The notes under the pieces were generated by a model that saw only the letters and a program-made list of their open reading frames with translations, did no database searches and was not told where the DNA came from. A stretch of 53,338 nucleotides of DNA from the NCBI GenBank assembly GCA_041477815.1, contig JBGOUV010000001.1:1-53338 (forward strand), read 5' to 3'. The position numbers and the translations under genes were made by a program. This stretch comes from Terriglobia bacterium (GTDB taxonomy: Bacteria > Acidobacteriota > Terriglobia > Bryobacterales > JACQDG01). Shown here piece by piece: positions 1 through 8,835 of the stretch. The first letter of the stretch is position 1. The number at the start of each line of letters is the position of its first letter.

Positions 1-579
1 ATAGGCGGAATTTGCGTCGGCCATCAGGCGGATGGACGGAAATATTCTGCGGATTTCGCGGACCACATCCACGTCCCAGCCGGGCTTGATCTTGATCTTG
101 ATGCGCTGGTAGCCGGCGCGCACTTCCGTATCGATCTTCTCGAGGAGCTGGTCGACGGAGTTTTGAATGCCGATCGACACACCGCAGGCGATCTCGGGGC
201 GCGTGCCGCCGAGGTGACGCCACAACGGGCGATCGTGAAGGCGGGCTTCCAGGTCCCACACCGCGACCTCCAGGCCGGCCCGGGCCATCTGGTGGCCGCG
301 GATATGGGCGGTGAGATCGGAGACTTCCGTGGCGTTGGCGATGGTGCGGCCGAGAACCTGGGGGGCGACATAGTCGCGGACGATGAGCCAGGCCGACTCG
401 GTCCACTCCTCGTTGTAGAAGGGATTCTCGCCGGCGGTAACCTCGCCCCAGCCGGAGGCGCCGTCCGATTCCACCTCCACCAGCACCATGCGGCGCTCGG
501 TGGTGCGGCCGAAGCTGGTCTCGAAGAAATGGACCAGCGGCATGCGAATCTCGCGGAGAGTGAGGCGGTCGATCTTCAT
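1..579 (-). CDS. Enolase-superfamily o-succinylbenzoate synthase / N-acylamino-acid racemase-like protein, N-terminal 193 codons (3' end leaves the window)
   Basis: Absent from the ORF track because there is no stop in the window. My translation from the ATG at 579-577 reads MKIDRLTLREIRMPLVHFFETSFGRTTERRMVLVEVESDGASGWGEV...GVSIGIQNSVDQLLEKIDTEVRAGYQRIKIKIKPGWDVDVVREIRRIFPSIRLMADANSAY. This fits the OSBS/NSAR pattern (KIKIKPG, MADAN). The ATG overlaps the upstream stop (ATGA at 576-579). Confidence 0.75.
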   Translation of the reverse strand, partial: MKIDRLTLREIRMPLVHFFETSFGRTTERRMVLVEVESDGASGWGEVTAGENPFYNEEWTESAWLIVRDYVAPQVLGRTIANATEVSDLTAHIRGHQMARAGLEVAVWDLEARLHDRPLWRHLGGTRPEIACGVSIGIQNSVDQLLEKIDTEVRAGYQRIKIKIKPGWDVDVVREIRRIFPSIRLMADANSAY

Positions 580-1328
580 TCGTAGGGTCCCAGGAGGAAC
601 ACACCGGCCTGGGGCGCCATCTCGTAGCCGACGACGACCAAGTCCCGGTCAAACCAGGTTTGGAATTCCTCGCGGATACGGGATTGGATGTCGCGGGCCC
701 TCTGGGGGTCGCTTTTTTTGAGGGCGCCGATTTCGTGAGGGACCTCGATGCGGGCTTCCACCGTGATGGGCAGCGGGCGGCGATCATCGAGGAGGGCCCG
801 GACGCGCGGGCTCCCGATCCACCACTCGCCGATCAGGCGGTCGGTGGGGAGGCCGCCGTGCAGGGGGCTGGAGCTGATGCCGTACTGGTTGGGTACGTAG
901 CGGCGCACGATGGCGCCCAGCCGGGCGATGTTGAAGTGGGAGTTCTTGATCTCCAGCGGGTCGAAGGTCCACTCCACGAGCTCCAGAGGCCGGGCCAGGG
1001 CCTCCTCGCGTTGGGCGAGCTTCAGCAGGCGTCCGATGCCGCGATTCTGATACTCCTCGAGGACACCGAGCATATGGCTGTGCAGGTAGTACTTGCCCCC
1101 GGGCTTCAACCCCGGGATGCCCAGGCAAAAGCCGACCATGCGGTCTCCGTCGTAGGCGCCGAGGATCTGGCCGCCGATTTTGTGGGCCACGACGAACATG
1201 CGGGGCGGAAGGAGGTCGAGGTCCGAGAAGCCCCAGATTACCTTCTGGAGCCGGACCGCCTCGAGAAGATCCGGATACTCGCTGAGAGTGCGGACCTCGG
1301 TGGTTACCTGTTCTTGGCCTGCTGCCAC
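576..1328 (-). CDS. GNAT-family acyltransferase (250 aa)
   Basis: ORF track 576..1328. Acyl-CoA binding-type motif LEEYQNRGIGRLLKL (Q/RxxGxG/A). The stop overlaps the start of the OSBS/NSAR-like gene (ATGA), and the start overlaps the mazG 3' end by 25 nt. Confidence 0.75.
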   Translation of the reverse strand: MAAGQEQVTTEVRTLSEYPDLLEAVRLQKVIWGFSDLDLLPPRMFVVAHKIGGQILGAYDGDRMVGFCLGIPGLKPGGKYYLHSHMLGVLEEYQNRGIGRLLKLAQREEALARPLELVEWTFDPLEIKNSHFNIARLGAIVRRYVPNQYGISSSPLHGGLPTDRLIGEWWIGSPRVRALLDDRRPLPITVEARIEVPHEIGALKKSDPQRARDIQSRIREEFQTWFDRDLVVVGYEMAPQAGVFLLGPYE

Positions 1329-2071
1329 AGCTCTTCCATCTCCTCGATATTGGCTTGGGGAAGGGTCTTGCCGCGCTCGGCCAAGCCCTGCTCGACATGG
1401 GCGAAGCGCTCGCGGAACTTGCGGTTGGTCTTGCGGAGAGCCAGCTCCGGATCGAACTTCAGGAAGCGGGCGATGTTGACCATCATGAACAGCAGGTCGC
1501 CCACCTCGTCCTCGACGTGGGCCGGATCTCCCTGGCGGCGGGCCTCGGCCAGCTCGGCGAGCTCTTCGGCGAGCTTGTCCAGCAGGTCGTCGAAGCGCGG
1601 CCAGTCGAAGCCCACCTGGGAGGCGCGGGAAGTGAGCTGGTAGGCCTCCAGCAGCGCGGGCATGGAGCGGGGTACGCTGTCGAGCAGCGGCTGGGGCCCC
1701 TTCTCCTCCGCCTTCAGCTCGTTCCAGCGTTTCAGCACGTCGCCCGAGGTAGCCGCCGATTCGTCGCCGAACACGTGCGGATGGCGGCGGATCAGCTTGG
1801 ACGAGATGCGCTCCAGGACGTCGTCGACGCGGAACAGGTTCTGCTCGGAGGCCATCTGGGAAAAGAAGACCACCTGAAGCTGCAGGTCGCCCAGCTCGCC
1901 GGCCAGCTCCTGCCAGTCGCGGCGGTCGATGGCGTCGATGACCTCGTAGGTCTCTTCGAGCAGGTAGGACTTGATGGTATCAAAAGTCTGTTCGCGGTCC
2001 CAGGGACAGCCGCCGGGGCCGCGCAGCCGGGCCATGATCTCGACAAGTCGGGTGAAGGCTTCGCCGGGCAT
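1304..2071 (-). CDS. mazG: Nucleoside triphosphate pyrophosphohydrolase MazG
   Basis: ORF track 255 aa. Duplicated MazG motifs: GCPWDREQT...LLEETYEVIDAI and EDEVGDLLFMMVNIARF. Confidence 0.9.
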   Translation of the reverse strand: MPGEAFTRLVEIMARLRGPGGCPWDREQTFDTIKSYLLEETYEVIDAIDRRDWQELAGELGDLQLQVVFFSQMASEQNLFRVDDVLERISSKLIRRHPHVFGDESAATSGDVLKRWNELKAEEKGPQPLLDSVPRSMPALLEAYQLTSRASQVGFDWPRFDDLLDKLAEELAELAEARRQGDPAHVEDEVGDLLFMMVNIARFLKFDPELALRKTNRKFRERFAHVEQGLAERGKTLPQANIEEMEELWQQAKNR

Positions 2072-2130
2072 GGGGGAGCTTTCAATGTAACACGGAGCGG
2101 TTGCGACCTAGGCGGTCGCGCGCGCCACAC

Positions 2131-2517
2131 CTACAGGCTAGCCAAGAATTGTTCGCGCAACCTTATAGCCGCTTCCCGAATCGCCTTTGCCTGTTGATTA
2201 CCCTCGAGCTCTGGAGGAATGGGGCCGGGTTCAGGTGGCAGCACTCCGCTTGGTATTGCGATTCTTCCGTTTTCGATCTCGTAAGCGGTGAGATTGACTT
2301 GAAGATAGTAGCTCAGCACCTTTGCTTGAGCCCAGGGGATCGTCACAGCCGTGTGTTGCTCGACAACTGCTCTGCCTTCACTCTGATCGAGCTGGCCAAA
2401 AATCATCTTTAGGTCCCAGACGCTCGGCTCAAAGAGAACGTTGTTGGCGTACACGGCAAGAAAATCCTCGTCGCGCTCGAACTGCGATTGGGATGCGGGT
2501 GTTTGTTCTGAGGGCAT
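2131..2517 (-). CDS. DUF3467-like small protein (128 aa)
   Basis: Within ORF 2131..2559. I prefer the ATG at 2517 because AGAGGA lies 3 nt upstream. AVYANNVLFEPSVWDLKMIFGQ ... AVTIPWAQAKVLSYYLQVNLTAYE resembles the DUF3467 pattern (YAN....S..EF.LDF ... LTPEHAKRLL..L..NI..YE, recalled from memory). GC is lower than the flanks by eye. Confidence 0.55.
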   Translation of the reverse strand: MPSEQTPASQSQFERDEDFLAVYANNVLFEPSVWDLKMIFGQLDQSEGRAVVEQHTAVTIPWAQAKVLSYYLQVNLTAYEIENGRIAIPSGVLPPEPGPIPPELEGNQQAKAIREAAIRLREQFLASL

Positions 2518-2537
2518 ATGTCCTCTATGGAGATTCC

Positions 2538-3272
2538 TTATGAGATTCGTTGCAGCCAACCGGGGTTAGGCGCGTTCATCTGAGAGAGGACAAAGGCAGG
2601 GAGATCCGCTCCCGCGCCTGCTTCCTCCTGTTTGGGATTAACGTCGATCCTCATCGCGTGCCGTGGAGTGGCTGGCAGCGACAAATCAGCACGGAGGGGC
2701 TTGGGATCTACTTTCGCAAACATCGCAGCCGGCGAAGAATGACTGGCGCCCAGAGCGGCAAGGGACACCCATTTCTCCCTGGTGCCCCGACCAACGAGCG
2801 TGAACGGTTCACCTAGGCCGTTGGAGAAGCCTTGGGCCCAATGCGCCAAGCTCTCGGCCGCGACTCGCGCGTTGGCCTCAAAGGTCCCCCTTGCTTCTTC
2901 TGTCGCGAAGTCTGGAACAGCAAGAGCCTCGGTTGATAGGCCCTTGCTAACATGTGGCGTTCCGCTCATCCAATCAATCATTTCACTGAACGGAACGAAC
3001 CGCACAATCAGCCCGACGTCGAGTGCGGCCGCCATCCGCTTCAGCGTCGTGATTGTGGGCTTGCCGTAGTTGGACGACTCCAAGCGCGATATGGCGTTTT
3101 GGTTCATGCCGACTTCCTGCGCCAACCTTTCCTGGCTCCATCCCAGCCTGTCGCGGGTTGCGCGGATCTGGTACGCAATTCCCTTGCTCAGGTGGGACTC
3201 CACAAATTGCTGACGCGCCCTTCGACCACGCCGCAACCGAGCCACTAGCTTCTGTCTAGAATTCAAATTCAT
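2538..3272 (-). CDS. XRE-family helix-turn-helix protein with a long C-terminal extension (244 aa); antitoxin-like partner of the upstream toxin
   Basis: ORF 2538..3296. I prefer the start MNLNSRQ at 3272. HTH_3 pattern IRATRDRLGWSQERLAQEVGMNQNAISRLESSNYGKPTITTLKRMAAAL. It overlaps the toxin 3' end by 17 nt. Confidence 0.75.
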   Translation of the reverse strand: MNLNSRQKLVARLRRGRRARQQFVESHLSKGIAYQIRATRDRLGWSQERLAQEVGMNQNAISRLESSNYGKPTITTLKRMAAALDVGLIVRFVPFSEMIDWMSGTPHVSKGLSTEALAVPDFATEEARGTFEANARVAAESLAHWAQGFSNGLGEPFTLVGRGTREKWVSLAALGASHSSPAAMFAKVDPKPLRADLSLPATPRHAMRIDVNPKQEEAGAGADLPAFVLSQMNAPNPGWLQRIS

Positions 3273-3651
3273 GAACCGATGCCTCGCCCCTCTCAAGCCT
3301 GCTCATGCGCTTCCTCGCCTCTGCCACATCGCGCCTCGGATTCTTCACCTTCTTCTCTGCGCCCAGCAACAGCGAGTACGAGAAGCGGTGACCCTTGGGC
3401 CAGAAGAAACCGTAGATCCGGACAACCTTGTTGGCCGTGTTGACCTTCAGCCTGATCTCGGACAGTCCATCGCCAAGCGGGGCAAACTCCGGCTTCCTCC
3501 ACTGGTCAACCGGGAGCTTTTGAAGGTATCCCATGGTGTCGCTGGCCTCGTCCCTTTCCTCTTTGAGCAGGCCGTCAAACCACTCCTGAACTTCCTTGCC
3601 GCCCGCTGGCGTTTGGTAGCCATAGAAGGTCCAGGATACCTGCTCCACCAT
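3256..3651 (-). CDS. Gp49-like (DUF891) RelE/HigB-superfamily type II toxin (131 aa)
   Basis: ORF track. GDGLSEIRLKVNTANKVVRIYGFFWPKGHRFSYSLLLGAEKKVKNPRRDVAEARKR matches the phage Gp49/HigB-like toxin pattern (L.dGl.ElR....yRi.yff......LL.g..KK....p..di..A..R). Toxin-first order followed by an XRE gene is typical of HigBA-type modules. Confidence 0.7.
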   Translation of the reverse strand: MVEQVSWTFYGYQTPAGGKEVQEWFDGLLKEERDEASDTMGYLQKLPVDQWRKPEFAPLGDGLSEIRLKVNTANKVVRIYGFFWPKGHRFSYSLLLGAEKKVKNPRRDVAEARKRMSRLERGEASVHEFEF

Positions 3652-3670
3652 AGTATATCACAAAAAGTGC

Positions 3671-3707
3671 CTACATCAAAAAGTATTAAATCCTAATTTT
3701 GATGTAG
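3671..3707. promoter_or_regulatory. 11-bp perfect inverted repeat (CTACATCAAAA-N15-TTTTGATGTAG) in the AT-rich region just upstream of the toxin gene; candidate operator
   Basis: Read directly. Arms are 3671-3681 and 3697-3707, lying 20-56 nt upstream of the toxin start (3651, minus strand). The surrounding sequence is the most AT-rich stretch nearby. I could not place the -10/-35 hexamers with confidence. Confidence 0.4.
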
Positions 3708-3914
3708 TCCCGTTACCCACCCCACCCTCTAATCCCGCAGCCGGTGTTGATCAACTCCAGGCAGGCTTCCCGGCACCCGGCTCCGGTGTCAGCAGCGGCG
3801 CAACGTTGCGGACTTTGGGCGGCTCCTTCGGTCGCACCGCCTGGCGGGTCTTGCCGTTTGAGCGCACGACCCTATGGTATCAAAACGGCACACCAAACTA
3901 CGTGGGTTCGTGAT

Positions 3915-4625
3915 TCAGTACCACTCCCGCAGCCGGACCTCAATGCCCTTCTCGCTCGCCAGGGCCTCGGCGAAGACCTTCAGGTCGCTGCCTCGGTAGT
4001 GATACGGATAGACCGCCTTGGGCCGAAAGGCTTTCACGCCGGCAGCCGCTTCCTCGGGGGTCATGGTGTACGGGAGGTTCATGCAGACGAAGGCTACGTC
4101 GATGTTCTTGAGAGCCCGCATCTCGGGGATGGCCTCGGTGTCGCCCGAGATGTAGATACGCTTGCCGCCCAGGGTGAGGATGTAGCCGTTGCCGCGGCCC
4201 TTGGTGTGGTAGAGGGCGCCGGGTTGGGGACCGCGCTGGAGGTTGTACATGGGGACAGCCTCCACTTCGAGGTCGCCAAACTTCTTCTTCTCGCCGTTGT
4301 TGATCACCTGAGCTTCGAGGATGGTCTTGGCCACCGCCGCCGGGGCGATGACTACGGTGGTTTCCTTCTTGAGCTTGGCCACCATGGCCTTGTCCATGTG
4401 GTCGCCGTGGAGGTCGGTGATCAGGAGGTAGTCGGCGCGGGGGGCCGAGGAGTAGTCGCCCTCGCTCCAGGGGTCGATGTGGATCACCTTGCCGCCAAAC
4501 TGCAGCATCAGGCTCCCGTGATGGATGGGCGTAATGGTGACCTCGCCCACCATGTCGGCGCCGAACAAAAAACCTGCCAGGGCGAGTGCCAGAAGGGGGG
4601 CCAAAAGGAATACTCGGAATTTCAT
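3915..4625 (-). CDS. Secreted metallo-beta-lactamase-fold hydrolase
   Basis: ORF 3915..4631 (GTG at 4631, ATG at 4625). Signal peptide MKFRVFLLAPLLALALAGFLFGA. MBL motif ITDLHGDHMD (HxHxDH variant). Confidence 0.75.
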   Translation of the reverse strand: MKFRVFLLAPLLALALAGFLFGADMVGEVTITPIHHGSLMLQFGGKVIHIDPWSEGDYSSAPRADYLLITDLHGDHMDKAMVAKLKKETTVVIAPAAVAKTILEAQVINNGEKKKFGDLEVEAVPMYNLQRGPQPGALYHTKGRGNGYILTLGGKRIYISGDTEAIPEMRALKNIDVAFVCMNLPYTMTPEEAAAGVKAFRPKAVYPYHYRGSDLKVFAEALASEKGIEVRLREWY

Positions 4626-4663
4626 GGGCACGATGATATCATGACGCCCAAGGAGGGACGATC

Positions 4664-5913
4664 ATGCAGACGGCAGGAACACGGCGTTCGTTTTTGAGAG
4701 GTTTGACGTACCTGGGATCGGCGGCGGCGTCGGTAGCGCAGTTGCGACCGATGCTGGCGGCGGTGGCGGGCGGAGACAGCTACTGGAACCTGGTCAAGGA
4801 GCAGTTCCCCTTGCGGCCGGGGAAGATCCCGATGAACGCGGCCAACCTGTGCCCGTCGCCGCGGTCGGTGGCCGAGCGGGTGGCCGAACTGACCCGCGAT
4901 CTGGACGCCGACGTGTCGTTCCAGAACCGCGACAAGTTTCACGCCACGCTGGAGGAGTCGCGGCGCAAGGTGGCCGAGCAGTTGGGGGTTGCGGCCGAGG
5001 AAATCGCCCTGGTGCGGAATACCAGCGAAGCCAACAACGTGATCAACAACGGTCTGAGCCTGAAGTCGGGAACGAGATCGTACTCTTCGATCAGAACCAT
5101 CCCACCAACAACGTGGCCTGGGACGTACGGGCGGCCCGGTTCGGGTACGCGGTGAAGCGGGTGGCCGTGCCGTCCACCGTGAAGGACACTGGGGAGATCG
5201 TGCGCCTGTTCGAGGCGGCCCTGACCCCGAAGACGCGGGTCCTGTCCATTACCTATGTCTCGAACACGACCGGGATCCGGCTGCCGGCCCGCGAGTTGTG
5301 CGAGTTGGCGCGGCGGCGCGGGATCTACGCGCACTTGGACGGAGCGCAGGTGTGGGGATGTCTGAACCTCCATCTGCGGGACATCGGCTGCGACTCCTTC
5401 TCGTCGAGCGCCCACAAGTGGCTCATGGGACCGAAGGAGGCCGGGGTGCTCTACGTGCGGCAAGAACGGATCGCGCAGATCTGGCCGAGCATTGTCGCGC
5501 CGGGGTGGGGGAACAAGGTCGAGACCGAGGCTAAGGGGGCGCGGAAGTTCGAGACCCTCGGGCAGCGGGATGACGCCTGCTTGGCGGCTGTCGGTACGGC
5601 GGTCGACTTCCACCAGATGATCGGATTCGATCGCGTGGAGGCGCGGGTGATGGAGTTGTCGGCAGCCTTGAAGCGGGGGCTGGCGAAGATCCGTGGCGCC
5701 AAGTTGGTCACCCCGATGGATCCCCGGCTCAGCGGGGGCGTGGTGATCACGCGGTTTGAGGGCTCCGACGCGCAGAAGATCTATCAACAGATCTACGCCC
5801 GGCACGGGGTGGGCGGGGCGGGGACGGGCGGGTTACGGCTGTGCCCCCACGTCTACAACACCATGGAAGACGTCGAGCGGGCGATCCGGGCGGTTACCGA
5901 GGTGACGGGGTGA
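4664..5913 (+). pseudogene. Tat-signal class V (isopenicillin-N-epimerase-like) PLP aminotransferase, split by one frame disruption near 5068-5072
   Basis: ORF 4664..5155 carries the twin-arginine motif TRRSFLRGL and the N-terminal aminotransferase part ending ...[16 protein letters not shown] 4849..5913 continues in the -1 frame with [18 protein letters not shown]...[15 protein letters not shown] (PLP lysine context). Adding one base in TCGGGAAC restores LKSG-NEIVLF, giving 1250+1 nt = 417 codons. Confidence 0.7.
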
Positions 5914-7103
5914 ACCGCTGGCTCCGCGTAGTCGGCGGTTTGCTGATGAATCTGTCGCTGGGTTCGCTCTACGGGTGGAGTCTGTTTGTGCCCGCGCTCC
6001 AGAAGGAGATGGGGCTCAGCCGGGAACAGGCGTCCAATATTTTCTCGCTGGCCATTGCGGTATTCGCGTTGTGCTTTTTGGCGGGCGGCCGGTTGCAGGA
6101 CAAGAAGGGACCGTACATCGTTTCCGTGATGGGCAGCGTGCTGGTCGGGTTGGGCTACGTGTTGTCGAGCCGGGCGGGGACGCTGGGAGAGATGTACGGC
6201 GCCTATGGGGTGGTAGTAGGAGCGGGGTGCGGGTTCGGGTACGTGACGCCGATCGGGGTGGCGTCGAAGTGGTTTCCCGACAAGCGCGGGCTGGTGATCG
6301 GGCTGATGGTGGCGGGCTTCGGGGGCGGATCGGCGCTGCTCGGGCCGCTGGTACCGGGTCTGATCGCGGCCCACGGCTGGCGGCCGGTGATGCTGTGGCT
6401 GGGCGCGATCTACTTGGTGGCGACGCTCGCCGGGGCCCAATTCCTGAAGAATCCGCCGGCGGGTTGGAAACCGCCCGGGTGGAATCCGGCGACGGCCCAG
6501 GCAGCAACCTCGGGCCGGGATTTCACGCCGGAGGAGGTGCTGCGGACCTCGCAATTCTGGCGGATGCTCGCGGGCTACGCGCTGGGGACGAGCGCCGGCC
6601 TGATGGTGATCAGCCAGGTGATGCCGTTCATGCGGGGCGTGGCGCCGCAGTTGGGGGCGGCGCTGGCGGGGACGGCATTGCTGGTAGGGGCGGCGGGCAA
6701 CGCCGGCGGACGGATCTTTTCGGGGTGGCTGTCGGATCATTTCGGCCGCGTGCGGACGCTGTGTCTAATGGTGCTGGTGTCGGCGGTGGTGCTGCCGGCG
6801 CTGGGCCGGCTGCGGGAAGTAGCGCTGTTGTGGGTGGTGCTGGCAGCGGTCTACTACTGCTTTGGGACGCAGCTTTCGCTCTACGCGTCGTTGACGGCGG
6901 ACTTTTTCGGGACGAAGAACGTCGGGGCGAATTATGGGCTGGTGTTTCTGGCGTACGGGATGGCGGGGATCATCGGGCCGAAGCTGGGGGGCGGTATCTT
7001 TGACCGTTTGGGGAGCTACACCTCGGCCTTTGATATTGCCGCGGGGCTGTTGGTGGTGGCGTTGGTGTTGATCGCAACCTTGCGCGCTCCAGTGGGGCGG
7101 TAG
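5910..7103 (+). CDS. MFS transporter, oxalate/formate antiporter (OFA)-like
   Basis: ORF 5841..7103. I prefer the GTG at 5910, which overlaps the upstream TGA (GTGA). About 12 hydrophobic segments. OFA-like motifs [10 protein letters not shown] and [11 protein letters not shown]. Confidence 0.85.
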   Translation: MNRWLRVVGGLLMNLSLGSLYGWSLFVPALQKEMGLSREQASNIFSLAIAVFALCFLAGGRLQDKKGPYIVSVMGSVLVGLGYVLSSRAGTLGEMYGAYGVVVGAGCGFGYVTPIGVASKWFPDKRGLVIGLMVAGFGGGSALLGPLVPGLIAAHGWRPVMLWLGAIYLVATLAGAQFLKNPPAGWKPPGWNPATAQAATSGRDFTPEEVLRTSQFWRMLAGYALGTSAGLMVISQVMPFMRGVAPQLGAALAGTALLVGAAGNAGGRIFSGWLSDHFGRVRTLCLMVLVSAVVLPALGRLREVALLWVVLAAVYYCFGTQLSLYASLTADFFGTKNVGANYGLVFLAYGMAGIIGPKLGGGIFDRLGSYTSAFDIAAGLLVVALVLIATLRAPVGR

Positions 7104-7129
7104 CCGCCCCCCAGTAAATGCGGGGCGGC
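7094..7129. terminator. GC-rich alternative hairpins between convergent genes (GGGGCGG-TAG-CCGCCCC and GCCGCCCC-N11-GGGGCGGC)
   Basis: Read directly at the 3' end of the MFS gene. No U-tract follows, so intrinsic-terminator function is uncertain. Confidence 0.3.
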
Positions 7130-7232
7130 CCCCTGGCCCGGCCTACCTTTCCCAAGCCGGCCAGGCGGGACGCGCACATTTTCTTCCATCGTTGTGGCCG
7201 GCGGCCATGGGGAACTCCCTTATGGTCGGGGT

Positions 7233-8822
7233 TCAGTGCAACACAGGTAACTGGTGTTGGGCCAGGGCGCCGGTAACCCGGGCTATGTCGGCATCCAGCG
7301 GCCGGTCGGCGTCCAGGAAAGCACTCCGCTCACGAACCGCCCGGTAGACCGGGCCGGTACCCGCGCCGAGCCGGTCGGCGCCCTTGCGCAGGTCGACCGC
7401 CTGAGTGACCGAGAGCAGCGTAATCGAGACGGCGTCGCGCAGCAGGCGCAGCATGTCGAGCGCGGTGAGGGCGGCGTGCGACCCGAGGCTGACGATGTCC
7501 TGGTTGAACTGCTCGGTCGGCAGCGTGTGGATCAGGCTCGAACCCGACATCTGCCGCAACGCCACCACCAGGCTGGTGTGAACCAGTTGCATTCCCTTGA
7601 AGCCTTGGTAGACGCCGGGGTGGGGACTGAGCGACGACGGCAGGCCGTTCGAGAAGCGCTCGTCCATTAGAAGGGCCATGAGCGAGTGGGTCCAGTTGGC
7701 GAGGTTGGCCATGTCCAGCTTGAGGCCGTCCAGGACGCGGGCGATGTGGCCGCCGTAGAAATTGCCGGTGTGGAAGACGCGGTCCTGGTCGGGATCGATG
7801 AGGGGGTTGTCGTTAACCGAGTTGGCCTCGCGCTCGATGGTGGTACGGGCTTGATCGAGCGTTTCGAAGATCGGACCGAGACCTTGGGGGGCGCAGCGCA
7901 GCGAGTACGGACTCTGGATCGCTTCTTGGGAGACCACCACGCCCGCGGGATGCGCCGCCTCCTCGGAAACGTGGTGGCGGATGTCGTCGAGCGGCACAGC
8001 GAGGCGGCTCTCCATCAGGAGCGAGTTGAGCATCTCGGCGGCGCGGAACTGGCCGGGATGGTGCTTCACGATATGGATCAGCGGGTGGTAGTAGTCGGGC
8101 GAGGAGCGCAGGGCTTCGACGGCCAGGGCTACCGCCGCCAGTGAGGCGCGGAGCAGGTACTCGAGTTCGCTGACCACCACCGCCGCCATGGCCGTCATCA
8201 TGGTCGTGCCGTTCAGCAGGGCCAGGCCTTCCTTGGGCTCGAGGTGAAGGGATGGAATACCTTCGGCCGCGAGCGCCTGGGCGGCGGGGACGCGGGCGCC
8301 GCCGTAGATCACTTCGCCCTTTCCGAGCAGGACGCGGGCGATGTAAGCCGACGGGCAGAGATCGCCCGAGGCGCCGACCGAGCCGTAGCGGGGAACTACC
8401 GGGGTGATGTCGTGGTTGAGCAGGTCGAGGAGGCGCTCGATGACCACCGGGCGGACGCCCGAGTATCCCCGGGCCAGGGCGTTGGCCCGCAAGAGGATGG
8501 CGGCCCGCACGACTTCGCGCGGTTGGGGGTCGCCGACGCCGCAGGTCAGGACGTCGAGGAGGTTTTCCTGGTGATGGCGCAGCTCGCCGTCGGGGATGAT
8601 CAGCTTCACGTTGCCGCCGAAACCGGTATTGACGCCGTACAGGATCTCTCCCCGGTCGAGGAGGCGTCGAATGGCCGCCGGGCCACGCTCCAGCCGCGCG
8701 CGGACCGCGGGGTCGGGGGTCAGTTGGACCGGCTGGTCATGACGGGCCACGGCGAGGATCTGGTCGAGGGTGAGAAAGTCGGTGGAGATCTCGACGGCGG
8801 TAGCAAGAGTGGCTGTAGACAT
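7233..8822 (-). CDS. MIO-dependent aromatic amino acid ammonia-lyase/aminomutase family protein (HAL/PAL/TAL/TAM-like, 529 aa)
   Basis: ORF 7233..8843. I prefer the ATG at 8822, with AGGAG 8 nt upstream. MIO-forming triad in SVGASGDLCPSAY. Family motifs YGVNTGFGG and NDNPLID. Confidence 0.85.
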   Translation of the reverse strand: MSTATLATAVEISTDFLTLDQILAVARHDQPVQLTPDPAVRARLERGPAAIRRLLDRGEILYGVNTGFGGNVKLIIPDGELRHHQENLLDVLTCGVGDPQPREVVRAAILLRANALARGYSGVRPVVIERLLDLLNHDITPVVPRYGSVGASGDLCPSAYIARVLLGKGEVIYGGARVPAAQALAAEGIPSLHLEPKEGLALLNGTTMMTAMAAVVVSELEYLLRASLAAVALAVEALRSSPDYYHPLIHIVKHHPGQFRAAEMLNSLLMESRLAVPLDDIRHHVSEEAAHPAGVVVSQEAIQSPYSLRCAPQGLGPIFETLDQARTTIEREANSVNDNPLIDPDQDRVFHTGNFYGGHIARVLDGLKLDMANLANWTHSLMALLMDERFSNGLPSSLSPHPGVYQGFKGMQLVHTSLVVALRQMSGSSLIHTLPTEQFNQDIVSLGSHAALTALDMLRLLRDAVSITLLSVTQAVDLRKGADRLGAGTGPVYRAVRERSAFLDADRPLDADIARVTGALAQHQLPVLH

Positions 8823-8835
8823 CGCGCAACTCCTA

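Noticed and set aside
5063-5079. Programmed -1 ribosomal frameshift in the aminotransferase
   Set aside because: There is no X XXY YYZ slippery heptamer at the junction (C GGG AAC), and no obvious downstream pseudoknot or stem. The window contains two more simple 1-nt breaks in another gene, so deletion or sequencing error is the simpler explanation.
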